This document shows, piece after piece, positions 13,302 through 26,105 of a DNA stretch of 64,000 nt (position 1 is the stretch's first letter; every line of letters starts with the position of its first letter). The notes beneath the pieces are model-generated. The model worked only from the letters and a program-made list of their open reading frames with translations. It did no database searches and was not told the DNA's origin. The position numbers and the translations under genes were made by a program. The stretch comes from Azolla caroliniana. Its lineage: Eukaryota > Plantae > Polypodiophyta. The stretch spans positions 13,206,001 to 13,270,000 of the forward strand of contig JBHGNT010000013.1 in the NCBI GenBank assembly GCA_043228905.1. Direction: 5' to 3'.

Positions 13302-14980
13302 ATGGAAAATCAACCGGAGGCTAGCAACATGATGATGATGTTCGAGCGCATGCTACAAGAACAACGCGCGATGTCGGAGATAGTGGCATCAGTGGAGCGG
13401 CTCGTGCAACGAAACGGGCAATTCAACGGGAAAGACGTGTCGCGGTATCTTCGGGACTACAAGGCGGAGATGTTACGGTGCAGAATATCGGAAGGACTGC
13501 AAGTGACGTCCTTCAACCGGGTGGCGACCGACGGGCTTCAAGCAAGCATCCATGGGCTACGACAACAAAATCCGACATGGGAGGCGTTTGAAGAAGAGCT
13601 AAAGAGGACGTTCGCCATCGAGGATTCCTCCAAGGCGACTCGAAGGGGATTCGAAGATTGGGTGGAGACGCCGGACAAGGGATTGAAGGTCGTTGATGTG
13701 TTTTCGGCATTCGAAAGCCGGTTCGGGAGGTTGTCCGCGAGAGATCAAGCTATCCTCGTACCGGACAAGGTGATCATGTTCTTGCGAGCCGTGGACGTCC
13801 GGGACCGGAAAGATCTCGGAGTGCTCTTGGAGGACACGACCACGGAGAGTGGCCTCACCGAAACATGGGAAAGCGTGCGGGATATCGTCGCGCGATACAC
13901 AAAGAGGGGCAATGGCTTGCCAACGAGGAAAAGAGGGTTTCGGAACCGATTCCGAAACCGAGAACCGGATTGGAAGACCATCAACCGAGGGCTCGGGAGA
14001 CTACAACCGAGAAGGGGATTGATGCATCTATGGTGGAGCAACTATTGAAGGAGATGGAGAATCTGAAGATCACAATGGTGAAGAAGTCGGATGACCGCCC
14101 CACAAGCTCCAAGTATACGGACCGACGGTGCATATGGTGCGATAGCGCCGAACACGATCGGAGGGATTGCGACAAGCATAAGGAGGCGTTATAGCAGGAT
14201 CTCATCTACTACGAGGGAAACCAGATTCATTCGATGGACTCTCGGAAGCCACTCCGACCGAACTTCCGGAAAGGCGGCATGAAGAAGGTGCTCGAGGAGG
14301 AATTGGCAGCAAGAAGCAACTATGCGACAACCGCGGGAATATGTGTCGGGGAGTCATCGAGAGCAAAGACGTCTTTTTGGCCGGAAGCTCTAGAAAACAC
14401 CAAGAAAACTGACTCCAACGAGATCCGAAGCACCGCGGAAGGCATCCGGTAAGCTACGGGATGGGAGTGCCCTGTCGACAAGAATAACGTATACGCCCTG
14501 TGTCAATTGCATAAGGTGTATGTAGACGAGAAACGACGACGTGCGGAGGATGTGGCCGGGCCATCGAAGATACCGGAAAGCTGGAACTCCGGAGGTAAAG
14601 GAAAAGAAAAGGCGACTCCGGCATTCAAGCTCGCCTCAGACATAGAACAACAAACCGACTTGAAAAGAGTGTTCGAGGAAAGAATCTTGGATAGCCGGGT
14701 AGATTTCTCGCTTCGGGAGCTACTCGGAATAGCAAAGAAGGAGTTCCACGATCTTCTCGTGGATCTCGTGAAGCGAAAAAGACAAAGTACAGAGGAAAAT
14801 GCTCCAAGGGTGAATGCGAACACCGTTTTAATGAACGACACCGAAGTGGAGGACGAAATTCCGAACTCCCACTATACAAGGCCACATTGGGCACGCGCGA
14901 CTACGGAGACTCCGGTCCGAATCGGCAACATCAAAGAACCCGTGCTAGCATTGATTGATCACGGATCCGAGATCAACTTG
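13302..14980 (+). pseudogene. Element C gag and start of protease
   Basis: FNGKDVSRYLRDY, zinc knuckle CIWCDSAEHDRRDC and ALIDHGSEINL; one frameshift and two stops. Confidence 0.88.
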
Positions 14981-15614
14981 TGTCAAACACAGTGCTCGGC
15001 CACAACCGAGGAATAGGATCGATTCACAGAAACAGGAAATACAAAAGAAATGCACGAAGACAATAGAGAGAAGAGTACACAGGATATTTTACGTGGAAAA
15101 CCCTAAGTGGGAAAAACCACGGGAGTCCTCAAACTCCAACTATCACTATGAACAGAGATGTACAATGGTGAAGCTACAAGGCAACAACCTTGAGCTCACT
15201 GTCTTCGCCACAGGCGGCGGTAATACACAGAGGCAACGACCTCTTCGTCTCTCTCTCTCTCTCTCGGCTGCTCACTTAGCTCCCACTAAGTCGAAAACTA
15301 GAAAAATGAGTAATGACAACAAAACTGTTTGCCCTAAGTCATATTTATACACATATGACTTTCGGGCTATTTACAAATATAGCCTCAAGGGCCCTTGGCA
15401 AACATATTCACAAATATGTCCCCGCATCCGGATCTCTCTCCGGGTACATTCATCATCCGGCTCCGTAGCCGGGGTCTTCATCATCCGGCTCCGTAGCCAG
15501 GGTCTTCATCATCCGGCTCCGATACCGGGTACACCTCATTTGGGTCTTCATTCCCGATTCCCGGACATCCAACCATCCCATCCGGAGGGACCATAATCCC
15601 AACAAACTCCCCCT

Positions 15615-18116
15615 TCACTTCGGCATGGGATGTCTTTCCAGTCCGACCCTCTTCCGACACGCTTCCAGCTTGTCGGGTGTGAGCACTTTGGTCAGCATAT
15701 CTGACCCGTTCTCGTCCGTGTGGATCTTCGTCAGCACGAACTCCTGGTCTTCTATCCTTTCCCGGATCCAGTGATATCTTCGCTGGATGTGCTTCGTCCG
15801 GGAGTGATAGGCCGCGTTCTTTGCAAGGTGGATGGCACTCTGACTGTCGCAGTAGAGTCGGTACTCCTCCTGCCGGATACCGAGCTCTCTGATGAAGTCC
15901 TTCATCCATATTATTTCCTTGCCGGCTTCAACAGCCGCCATGTACTCCGCCTCCGTGGTTGACAGTGCAACCGTCTTCTGCAGCCTCGATTGCCACGAAA
16001 CAGCTCCCCCTGCATACGTCATCACATACCCTGATGTGGACCGGCTGGTATCTGCATCAGCCGACATATCCGAGTCGGTAAAGCCGTCGAGTTCGGGCTT
16101 ACCGGAGCCGAATCGGAGGCACACGTTTGCCGTGCCCTTCAGGTATCGGAGTATCCACTTGACCGCGTTCCAGTGTTCTTTGCCGGGATTGCTCATGTAC
16201 CGGCTCACCACTCCGACTGCATATCCTATGTCCGGTCTTGTACACACCATTGCGTACATCAAGCTTCCGACGGCAGAGGCATATGGTACTTTCATCATGT
16301 CCTCCTTCTCAGCCTTTGTCTTGGGGCTTTGCTTGCTGGACAACTTGCAGTTTGCCGGGAGGGTTGATCCGACCGGTCTTGCTTCCGACATGTTGAACCG
16401 TTGAAGCACCTTTGTCACGTACTTCTCCTGTGACAGCCACAACTGCTTCTTCCTCCGGTCCCGGATGATGTGCATCCCTAGTATTTGCCTCGCCGGACCC
16501 AAGTCCTTCATTGAGAAGGTTCGGTGAAGAGCCTTCTTCAACATCCGTATCTTGACCTGGTCCCGTCCAACGATCAACATGTCGTCCACGTACAGGAGGA
16601 GTATTAGAAAGTCTCCTCCTTCGAACTTCTTCACAAACACGCAGTGATCGGACTGCGTTTTGTGGTACCCTTCGTCGGTCATGAAGGAGTCGAACTTCCG
16701 GTACCACTGCCGGGGAGCCTGCTTCAGTCCGTAAAGGCTCTTCTTCAACCGGCATACCAGGTGCTCCTTCCCTTTCTTCTCGAATCCTTCCGGTTGCTGC
16801 ATGTAGATCTCTTCTTCGAGGTCACCGTGAAGGAATGCCGTCTTCACGTCCATCTGTTCTACCTCGAGGTCCATGCTTGCCGCTAGGCTCAGCACCGTCC
16901 GGATGGAGGTCATCTTCACTACCGGGGCAAATATCTCGTCGAAGTCGACGCCCTTCTTCTGCTGGAACCCCTTCACTACGATCCTGGCTTTGTATCTCGG
17001 GGGGTTTCCGGCATCTCCCGGTTTCAGCTTGAACACCCACTTGTTTCGAAGTGCCCGCTTTCCTTTCGGCAACTCCACAAGTTCATATGTGTGGTTCTCA
17101 TGCAGGGAATCCATCTCCTCCTGCATGGCACTTAACCACTTGCGGCTTTGGGTGTTATGAATTGCTTCTTCAAAACTCTCCGGCTCCCCCTCGTCGGTTA
17201 GCAGCACGTGCTCTGGTTCCGGAAATCTCCGGGGAGCCCTTCTCTCTCTTAGAGGATATCTCCGTTCCAGAGCTTCGGTAACCGGCTCCTCCGTTTCCTC
17301 TTCATCCGAATCCATTTCGGGATCGGGGCCGGTTCCGGTATCAGTTTCATCTTCCTCGGCCGGTTCTGTTTCTTCACCGTCTTCGGCCGGATCCTCGAGT
17401 GCTAACCGGTCCCTTGCCGGTCGAGACTGCTCCTCGTAGAGTTGATCCTCACCGGTCGACTTGGAGCTCTTCATCTTCTTCTCCGACTCCCAGTCGGCGA
17501 GTGTCTTGTCCTCCATGAAGATGATATCACGACTCCGGAATATCCTTTTGTCGACCGGGTCCCATACTCGGTAGCCGAACTCGTCATCGCCGTAACCGAG
17601 GAATATGCATGGCCGGGTCTTTGGATCTAACTTTCCTCTCCGGTCCTTTGCCACATGCACGTATGCAAGACACCCGAACACCTTCAGATGCCGGTAGGAG
17701 ACTTCCTTACCGGTCCACACTTTCTGTGGCGTGTCTCCATCCAGGGGTACTGAGGGTGATCTATTTATCACATATGTCGCCGTCGACATTGCCTCAACCC
17801 AAAATCCCTTGGGTAATTTCGCATGTGCTAGCATACTCCGGACCCTCTCCATTATGGTCCGGTTCATCCTCTCGGCCAGCCCGTTCAGTTCCGGCGTCTT
17901 CGGCACAGTAAACTCGAGCCGGATTCCCGTCGAACGGCAATACTCCTCAAATTGCCCTCGGTATTCTCCTCCGTTATCCGCTCGTAGTGCTTTCAGCTTC
18001 TTGCCGGATTCTCTTTCCACTCTCGCGTGGAGTTCTTTGAAGACGGACAATACTTGGTCCTTTGTCTTCAACGGTGCCGTCCATAGCTTCCGGCTGTGGT
18101 CATCAATGAATGTCAC
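15615..18116 (-). CDS. Element D pol (integrase, RT, RNase H), 833-aa open stretch
   Basis: ADNGGEY, NGLAERMNRT, QMDVKTAFLHG, LLYVDDML, DSQSAIHLAKN and SDMLTK. Confidence 0.95.
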   Translation of the reverse strand: MTFIDDHSRKLWTAPLKTKDQVLSVFKELHARVERESGKKLKALRADNGGEYRGQFEEYCRSTGIRLEFTVPKTPELNGLAERMNRTIMERVRSMLAHAKLPKGFWVEAMSTATYVINRSPSVPLDGDTPQKVWTGKEVSYRHLKVFGCLAYVHVAKDRRGKLDPKTRPCIFLGYGDDEFGYRVWDPVDKRIFRSRDIIFMEDKTLADWESEKKMKSSKSTGEDQLYEEQSRPARDRLALEDPAEDGEETEPAEEDETDTGTGPDPEMDSDEEETEEPVTEALERRYPLRERRAPRRFPEPEHVLLTDEGEPESFEEAIHNTQSRKWLSAMQEEMDSLHENHTYELVELPKGKRALRNKWVFKLKPGDAGNPPRYKARIVVKGFQQKKGVDFDEIFAPVVKMTSIRTVLSLAASMDLEVEQMDVKTAFLHGDLEEEIYMQQPEGFEKKGKEHLVCRLKKSLYGLKQAPRQWYRKFDSFMTDEGYHKTQSDHCVFVKKFEGGDFLILLLYVDDMLIVGRDQVKIRMLKKALHRTFSMKDLGPARQILGMHIIRDRRKKQLWLSQEKYVTKVLQRFNMSEARPVGSTLPANCKLSSKQSPKTKAEKEDMMKVPYASAVGSLMYAMVCTRPDIGYAVGVVSRYMSNPGKEHWNAVKWILRYLKGTANVCLRFGSGKPELDGFTDSDMSADADTSRSTSGYVMTYAGGAVSWQSRLQKTVALSTTEAEYMAAVEAGKEIIWMKDFIRELGIRQEEYRLYCDSQSAIHLAKNAAYHSRTKHIQRRYHWIRERIEDQEFVLTKIHTDENGSDMLTKVLTPDKLEACRKRVGLERHPMPK

Positions 18117-19686
18117 GAAGTACTGGGCTCCGCCATGTGACTTCGTTTCTACTTGACACGTCAGTGTGCACCAACTCCAATGGTGCGCTACGTCTCGTCG
18201 GTGGCCTTGAGTGGAAGGAGGTTCAGTTCTGCTTACCGGCCAGACAGTCGGTACACTTCCCCAGGTGTACGTGCTTTACCGGTATCAGGTTGTCTTCGGC
18301 AAGCCTCTTCATCCCCTTCTCACTCATGTGGCACAGTCTCTTGTGCCACAGCTCACCGGTAGTGTCAGCTGCCACGTTCAGCTCCTCCGGACATAGCCGG
18401 GAATTCATCAGGTACAGTGTGTTGACCTTCCGGGCCCGAGCCACTATCAAGCTCCCTTTGCTGAACTTCATGACACCGTTCCGGATGCTACCCGTGTAGC
18501 CTTCATCGTCTAGCCTCCCAGCCGAAATCAGGTTCAATCGAACCTCCGGAACGTGTCGGACATCCTTCAGCAGCATCTTGCATCCGGTTGATGTCATCAG
18601 CCACACGTCTCCTATGCCGGCAATCCGGCATGTACCTTCATTTCCCATCCGGACACAGCCGTGCTCACCGGCTGTGTAGGATGAGAAGTATTTCTTCTCC
18701 GGGGTCAGGTGGAACGACGCTCCGGAATCGACCACCCAGGTCATCTCTTCACCGGCAAGGTTCAGCTCCCTCTCTTCGGTAATGAGCATTATCTCTTCTT
18801 CACTTGCCGCGAGTGCCGTCGTTCCTTTCCGGTCCTGCCCTCGCCGATCCGGACCTCTCCGGTCCGTGGCTCCCCGGTATGCACCGTTTCGCTCCGGTGA
18901 CTTATTCGAATCGGTACCGTCGGTTCCGTTGTCTTTCCGGAAATGCCGACAGTTCTTCTGGAAGTGCCCCGGCTTCCCACAGTAGAAGCATGTAGGTCTT
19001 CCCCTCGACTGCGACCGTGTCCCCGACTTCTCCCGTCTTTGCGGACTCCGGTTCCGTTGTCTTCCCCGTTCCGATTCGGTAAGCAGCGCCTTCGAGTCGG
19101 AGGCCGGTTCTTTATCTCTCCGACGCGCTTCTTCATTTAGAATACTTGTCTTTACCGTTAGTAAAGACAAGTTCTCTTCCTTACAGGAGGTGCTGAGAGT
19201 AACTACCAAGTTCTCCTAGCTCTCCGGAAGGGTACACATCAGCATGATGGCTTGCATTGCGTCATCCAACGGGAACTTGATCGCCGCAAGCTGGTTCACA
19301 AATCCCATGAACGTGCTGACGTGTTCGACCATGCTCTCGTCGTCCCGGTACTTAAGATTCACTATCTTCCTCATCAGGGAGGTCCGGGTCAGAGCATTCT
19401 TCCTCTCATACAGTCCGGACAGCTTCTGCCACATCTCATAGGCGTTCGTATCGTTCGCCACATGTTGCAGAACACTTACATTGACATATTGCCGGATCGT
19501 CGCTACGGCTTTCCGGTTCAGGAGCTTCCACTCCGACTCTATTACCCCCTTTGGTATCTCGGCATTGTCGATCGGTTCGTACAGGTCTCGGACGATGAGA
19601 AGGTCTTCCATCTTTATCTTCCAGTCGGCGTAGTTCTGTGAGTTCAACACCATCATGCCCGGAGGCCCACTACCGCCGCCTTCCAT
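18117..19686 (-). pseudogene. Element D gag-protease and integrase zinc finger
   Basis: LNSQNYADWKIKM, CFYCGKPGHFQKNC, WVVDSGASFH and WHKRLCH; two in-frame stops and a 2-bp deletion near 18160. Confidence 0.92.
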
Positions 19687-20110
19687 TTTCTGTGTTACCG
19701 TCGCTCTGATACCACTTGTCAAACACAGTGCTCGGCCACAACCGAGGAATAGGATCGATTCACAGAAACAGGAAATACAAAAGAAATGCACGAAGACAAT
19801 AGAGAGAAGAGTACACAGGATATTTTACGTGGAAAACCCTAAGTGGGAAAAACCACGGGAGTCCTCAAACTCCAACTATCACTATGAACAGAGATGTACA
19901 ATGGTGAAGCTACAAGGCAACAACCTTGAGCTCACTGTCTTCGCCACAGGCGGCGGTAATACACAGAAGCAACGACCTCTTCGTCTCTCTCTCTCTCTCT
20001 CTCGGCTGCTCACTTAGCTCCCACTAAGTGGAAAACCAGAAAAATGAGTAACGACAACAAAACTGTTTGCCCTAAGTCATATTTATACACATATGACTTC
20101 GGGCTATTTA

Positions 20111-21568
20111 CAAATATAGCCTCAAGGGCCCTTGGCAAACATATTCACAAATATGTCCCCGCATCCGGATCTCTCTCCGGGTACATTCGTCATCCGGCTC
20201 CGTAACCGGGGTCTTTATCATCCGACTCCGTAGCCGGGGTCTTCATCATCTGGCTCCGTAGCCGGGGTCTTCATCATCCGGCTCCGTAGCCGGGGTCTTC
20301 ATCATCCGGCTCCGTAGCCGGGGTCTTCATCATCCGGCTCTGATACCGGGTACACCTCATTTGGGTCTTCATTCCCGATTCCCGGACATCCGACCATCCC
20401 ATCCGGAGGGACCGTAATCCCAACAACAAACCGACTTGAAAAGAGTGTTCGAGGAAAGAATCTTGGATAGCCGGGTAGATTTCTCGCTTCGGGAGCTACT
20501 CGGAATAGCAAAGAAGGAGTTCCACGATCTTCTCGTGGATCTCGTGAAGCGAAAAAGACAAAGTACGGAGGAAAATGCTCCAAGGGTGAATGCGAACACC
20601 GTTTTAATGAACGACACCGAAGTGGAGGACGAAATTCCGAACTCCCACTATACAAGGCCACATTGGGCACGCGTGACTACGGAGACTCCGGTCCGAATCG
20701 GCAACATCAAAGAACCCGTGCTAGCATTGATTGATCACGGATTCGAGATCAACTTGATGTCCAAGGAGTTCTACCGGAAGGGGAAGTGGCCTATTAACAC
20801 CAACCATGGATGGAAGATTCGGGCGGCCACCAAAGCAACGGAAGATGTATTTGCAAATATAGCCTCAAGGGCCCTTGGCAAACATATTCACAAATATGTC
20901 CCCGCATCCGGATCTCTCTCCGGGTACATTCGTCATCCGGCTCCGTAACCGGGGTCTTCATCATCTGGCTCCGTAGCCGGGGTCTTCATCATCCGGCTCC
21001 GTAGCCGGGGTCTTCATCATCCGGCTCCGTAGCCGGGGTCTTCATCATCCGGCTCTGATACCGGGTACACCTCATTTGGGTCTTCATTCCCGATTCCCGG
21101 ACATCCGACCATCCCATCCGGAGGGACCGTAATCCCAACAACAAACCGACTTGAAAAGAGTGTTCGAGGAAAGAATCTTGGATAGCCGGGTAGATTTCTC
21201 GCTTCGGGAGCTACTCGGAATAGCAAAGAAGGAGTTCCACGATCTTCTCGTGGATCTCGTGAAGCGAAAAAGACAAAGTACGGAGGAAAATGCTCCAAGG
21301 GTGAATGCGAACACCGTTTTAATGAACGACACCGAAGTGGAGGACGAAATTCCGAACTCCCACTATACAAGGCCACATTGGGCACGCGTGACTACGGAGA
21401 CTCCGGTCCGAATCGGCAACATCAAAGAACCCGTGCTAGCATTGATTGATCACGGATTCGAGATCAACTTGATGTCCAAGGAGTTCTACCGGAAGGGGAA
21501 GTGGCCTATTAACACCAACCATGGATGGAAGATTCGGGCGGCCACCAAAGCAACGGAAGATGTATTTG
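20111..21568. repeat. Tandem duplication (715-743 bp) of the D LTR end plus flanking C protease sequence
   Basis: ORFs 20436 and 21151 are identical at the start. Junction TATTTGCAAATAT at ~20848-20860 is shared between C and the LTR. Copy 1 has one extra 28-bp unit. Confidence 0.92.
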
Positions 21569-21834
21569 CGGCTTGTCCGGATGTGACGGTGAAGATCGGG
21601 GATGTCGAGATCGACCAAAATTTCTTCGTGCAAGATGAGGTTTCACATTCCGTCATCCTTGGCCAACCCTTTTTCATGGCATCACGGATGGAGACGAAGG
21701 TGCTCAATAGCGGTGCGGCTTTTGTGCGAATTCGGAGCCAAAACGGTGGGAAATCCGTCCAATTCCTAACGGTGCTTGCAAATCACGAAAGGAACAAGAG
21801 GGAACTCTTGTCCCAAGTGAGAATGGATTTTTAA
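21141..21834 (+). pseudogene. Element C protease region ending at TAA
   Basis: ALIDHGFEINLMS...VILGQPF...RMDF*. Confidence 0.88.
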
Positions 21835-24800
21835 AGCGGACTGTTGCGGAGTGGGGAAGTGATAGTCCGAGAAGCCCTGATACCCCACACATGAAGAAAA
21901 CTCTCGAAGCAAAACATGTACGAATCGGTTCGGATGGGACATCTACGTACACGACCGTAACCGGAGGATTGAAGAAAGGATACCGACAAGTGGAGGATAA
22001 GTTGCGGTCGACATCAATAATAAAAGAAGATGAAGAAATCGTGGGGATAGTCGAAGAAGTGTTCTATGGGAGCACGCTACAACGACTTGAAGAGCTTGCT
22101 GAAGATAAAAGCCAAGGGAACCGGGTAGTCCCGGTGGAATCGGTCGAGATGTACGAGATCATTGCGAAAATGGAGCCGGATACGCTCCGCAATGAAGAAG
22201 CAATGGTAAGTACGAAATACAAGACCGTGGAGAAGAAGGTGAAACCGGCCGCGGGACCACTACCCGCCGATAGCGAACAAAAGAGGAAAGAAGTCTCGGG
22301 AGATCCGACACTTCGGAAGTCCGTGGATATTGGACATGCCTTCACGGATGAGACCCGGAAGAAACTTCGGATCGGTGGAGGTGGGTTCCTATTACAAAAA
22401 GAAGAAGAACGGTTTCACGAGATGTTGGAGCAACACGGCAAAGCGTTTGCATTTACATCAAGGGAGATAGGGTGCGTCGATCCGAGAATAGTGGAGCCGA
22501 TGGTGATCTTCACGATTGACCATGTACCGTGGAACCTGAAGCCGATTCCGGTGCCACGAGTGCATATTCCGAAAGTCATTGACTTGCTCAAGGAGAAGGT
22601 GGCGATGGGGATTCTAGAGCCATCAACAGCTCCGTACTCAAATCGATGGTTTACGGTTCCGAAGAAGAATGGGTCACTCCGATTTATCCAAGACTTGCAA
22701 CCGGTGAATAAGGTCACGATCCGGAACTCGGGAGTTGGTCCGATAGTGGACGAATTTGTGGAAGCTTTTGCCGGTCGTGCGATATACTCCATCGGAGACC
22801 TATACTCGGGGTATGACCAATTCCAACTAGCCGTGGAGAGCCGAGACATCACAACCATGCGAACACCGATAGGATTAGTCCGAATGTGCACACTACCACA
22901 AGGAGCAACAAACTCGGTTGCTCATATGATGAACGCGATGAACAAGGTGCTTCGAGACTGCATTCCAGAGATAACGATGCCGTTCCTCGATGACATTCCG
23001 ATGAAAGGATGCGCGGTAGAAGAAAAAGATGAGACTATGGATGATCGGGGATGCCGAAAGTTCATGGTCGACCGTATTCATGATTGCGAGAAAGTGTTGC
23101 GAAAGCTAGAAGATGTGCACCTAACACTTTCTGGGGAGAAATCGGCATTCGGGCAAGAAGAAATATTGGTGGTCGGACATCTATGTGGGCCCTACGGCCG
23201 AAGACCGTCACCAACAAAGATCGATGCGATTCAAGCTATGGAGGAAGTATGCGAGTCAACATCCGAAGTTCGAAGGTTTCTCGGTGCATGTGCATTCTAT
23301 CACATATGGATTCCGCACTATGCACATATAGCGGACCCGCTCTACCACTTGTTGCGGAAAGGTAAGAAATTCAAATGGAAACCGGAACACACCAAAGCCA
23401 TGAAGAAATTGAAGAAGACACTTCGGAGGGCGGAAGCACTTAAGAAGCCGAGCTACGACCGACCGATCATAGTAACGGTTGATACAAGTCCAACCGGTAT
23501 CGGGTGGGTCATCAATCAAGCCGACTCGGATGGTTCGCGATATCCGATCCGATTCGGAGCAAAGGTTCTCAATGATAGGCAATGTGGATATGCACAAGTC
23601 AAAAGAGAACTGTGGGGAGTCGTGTCGGCGATAAAATCGGATCGGGATTATTTGATCGGAGCCGAAGTGGTGATCGAGACGGATTGTCATCCGATACTCG
23701 GGATGATGCGGTGTTGTACGATATCGGATGTAGCTATGCTAAGGTGGGTTGCATATGTCAAGTCGCTTAATCCGGAGGTTCGACACATCTCGGGGAAGGA
23801 CAACGCGGTAGCGGATATGTTATCAAGGGCTCGGTTCGGAGACGACATAACCGAATTGGATAATGAAGAAGTTTCCGAAGACTACTCGCGTCGGAGAGCA
23901 TATGCCGAGTGAATGTAATCCGAGAATTCCGGGAAGAAGAATACGAGGGAGAAAGCTTGCTGATCGGAAAGATGTTACAAGAGGCCGAGGATTCAACAAA
24001 CGATAAAGGAAGAAGAGCCGAGATCCGAAGGAAGAAGAGGCAAGTCCAAAGGTTCTTCTTGGAAAACGGATTAATATGGAGGGCGCCGAAAAGACCGGAT
24101 GGTATACCACTTCGAGTAGTCGGGACAAAAGAGCAACGAAACCAGATAATGTCCGAGTTTCATGAATCCGATTGGGCTGGACACCGAGGAACATGGGCAA
24201 CATTTGTGAAGATCAAGCAAAAATATTGGTGGAAGAAAATGTACAAAGATGTCGCGGAGTTCACGGGAAGCTGCGAGCAATATCAAGTCTACTCCGGGGT
24301 TCGACATCGAGATGAGTTACATCCGACATTCTCACTGACAATCAACTTCAAGTGGATGGTCGACATAGTGGCCATGCCGACCGGGATTGGACAAAAGAAA
24401 TATTTGGTATTAGCTCGGGAAGATCTCACGAATCAAGTAGAAGGTCGAGCGCTTCAAAGGAAAACGTGTTCCGCGGTATGCCAATTTCTTTTGGAGGAAG
24501 TATTTTGCAGGTATGGGTGCGTAGGACAAGTGATTGCGGACCGGGAGAACTCGACTCGGACAAAGCTAGGGGATTCTTCGCCAAACACGAAGTTCGGTTA
24601 TCGTTGACAACGACATACAATCCGGAGGCCAACGGGAAAATCGAACGTGGACATAGTCCAATCGTGAAAGCACTTGCGAAGGCATGCGATGGAAAGGTGA
24701 AGGACTGGCTGCAGATGCTTCCGTATGCACTATGGGCGGATCGGACGACGCGCAGCTCCGTAACCGGTTACATGCCGGCAGAACTCATGACCGGACAAGC

Positions 24801-25410
24801 ACCGGTAATGCCGACGGAAACCGCGATCACAACATGGACAGTGCTACCGTGGAAGGAAGAGATGAGCCGAGAAGAACGACAACTAGAGGGAAGACTGGCA
24901 GACATAGCGGAAGCAATACGCCGACAACAAGAAGCACGATTCCGGAACAAAAGCCGGTTCGACACAAAGCACCGACTACGACCGAGGAGGATTGAAGAAG
25001 GAGATTGGGTGATCGTCTATGATAGTAGTTTGGACCATCAATATACAACGATGCGGAAATTCGCGAAAAGGTGGTTCGGGCCATACGAGGTTCGGAAAGT
25101 CTTCGACAACGGAACGTATCGACTGTCCGAGTTGGATGGAACAATACTACGAGTGCCTATAACCGGGAAGCGGGTGAAGATTTTCAAGAAGCGGACCGAC
25201 GACAAACCCTATGTGATCCAAGCCAAGGCCGACAATGAGGAGCAATCGGACGAAGACCACAGTGATGCGGGAAGTGAAGAAAGTGAATTACAACTCATAG
25301 TCGACATAAGGGGAGAATCGGAGGAAGCTTGGGTGAAGACGGATATGAGGAATCGAGAACTTTGGCACATACCGGAGGATGTGCGGGTTCGGAGGGGGCG
25401 AGTGTCGTAG
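21825..25410 (+). pseudogene. Element C pol (RT, RNase H, integrase) in the -1 frame, two later frameshifts
   Basis: DLYSGYDQF, LPQGATNSV, PFLDDIP, VDTS..GIG, NAVADMLSR, H..GHRG and YNPEANGKIERGH. Confidence 0.92.
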
Positions 25411-26105
25411 TGTATTCCATACACTACGTGAAAACCATAAAATAATATATCCAATTTAGATACATATAAATAAATAAATAATATATCAAAACATTTATCA
25501 CGTGCATAGGGCAAGATTCAAACCCTACACCTCCACGTAGATAAACCCCAACTTTACCATTGTAATAACTTATCTTTAGTGTTATACATATAGATTTAAT
25601 ACATATAAGACCTTTATTTACACATACCTTTATTAAAAGGTAAAAATCATGTATTCTTTAGGGTGTGAATATTTTATTTACACGTGACATTTAAAGTGAC
25701 TCATGCACATCTAGCGTGCATGAGCCCTATACTTAGGAAATGACAAAGCATCACATGCACATTTAGTGTGCATGGACACTTTTGGTGAAAAAGCATGAAG
25801 CCATGCTTAGCCTCTTCCATCTTTATATAAGGATGAGAGAAATATGTATAAGGTTGTTGATTAATATACAAGGATTGATCAATCTAATATATTCGTGGGA
25901 TTCACGAATTTTGCCATCTAAATTACTCTTATAATCTAAATATTGTTTAAAATACACTAAACTCGTGGGATTCACGAGATTGCTATCTTACTTCTCTTTC
26001 CACTATTCATAACTAGCCTTAATTTGTATTCCTCTTTCTCCTAGTCAAAAACCTCGGCGGTTCCCACCCGACTCACGTAACGATCCGGAGCCAAAAGGCA
26101 CGACA

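Larger units (their letters stand above)
14981..20425 (-). mobile_element. Element D: full-length Tnt1/Tto1-like Ty1/copia
   Basis: LTRs 14981-15604 and 19717-20425 with 28-bp CATCCGG tandem repeats. PBS TGGTATCAGAGC at 19703-19714. PPT GAAGGGGGAGTT. No 5-bp TSD. Confidence 0.96.
12563..26105 (+). mobile_element. Element C: full-length non-chromovirus Ty3/gypsy (Phygy/Selgy-like), tRNA-Trp primed, interrupted by copia D
   Basis: LTRs 12563-13262 and 25403-26105. 4-bp TSD ACGC; removing the element restores VRFTHLGC in B. PBS TGGTGAACCCGACGTGA at ~13267-13283. PPT GGAGGGGGCGAG. No chromodomain. Confidence 0.95.

Noticed and set aside
14955-15596. 213-aa ORF continuing from C protease
   Set aside because: Chance read-through into the antisense D LTR; its twin at 19655 stops earlier.
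15700-19200. Many short antisense and alternate-frame ORFs over D (also over B, C and G)
   Set aside because: Expected shadows of GC-rich pol coding sequence; no recognisable motifs.
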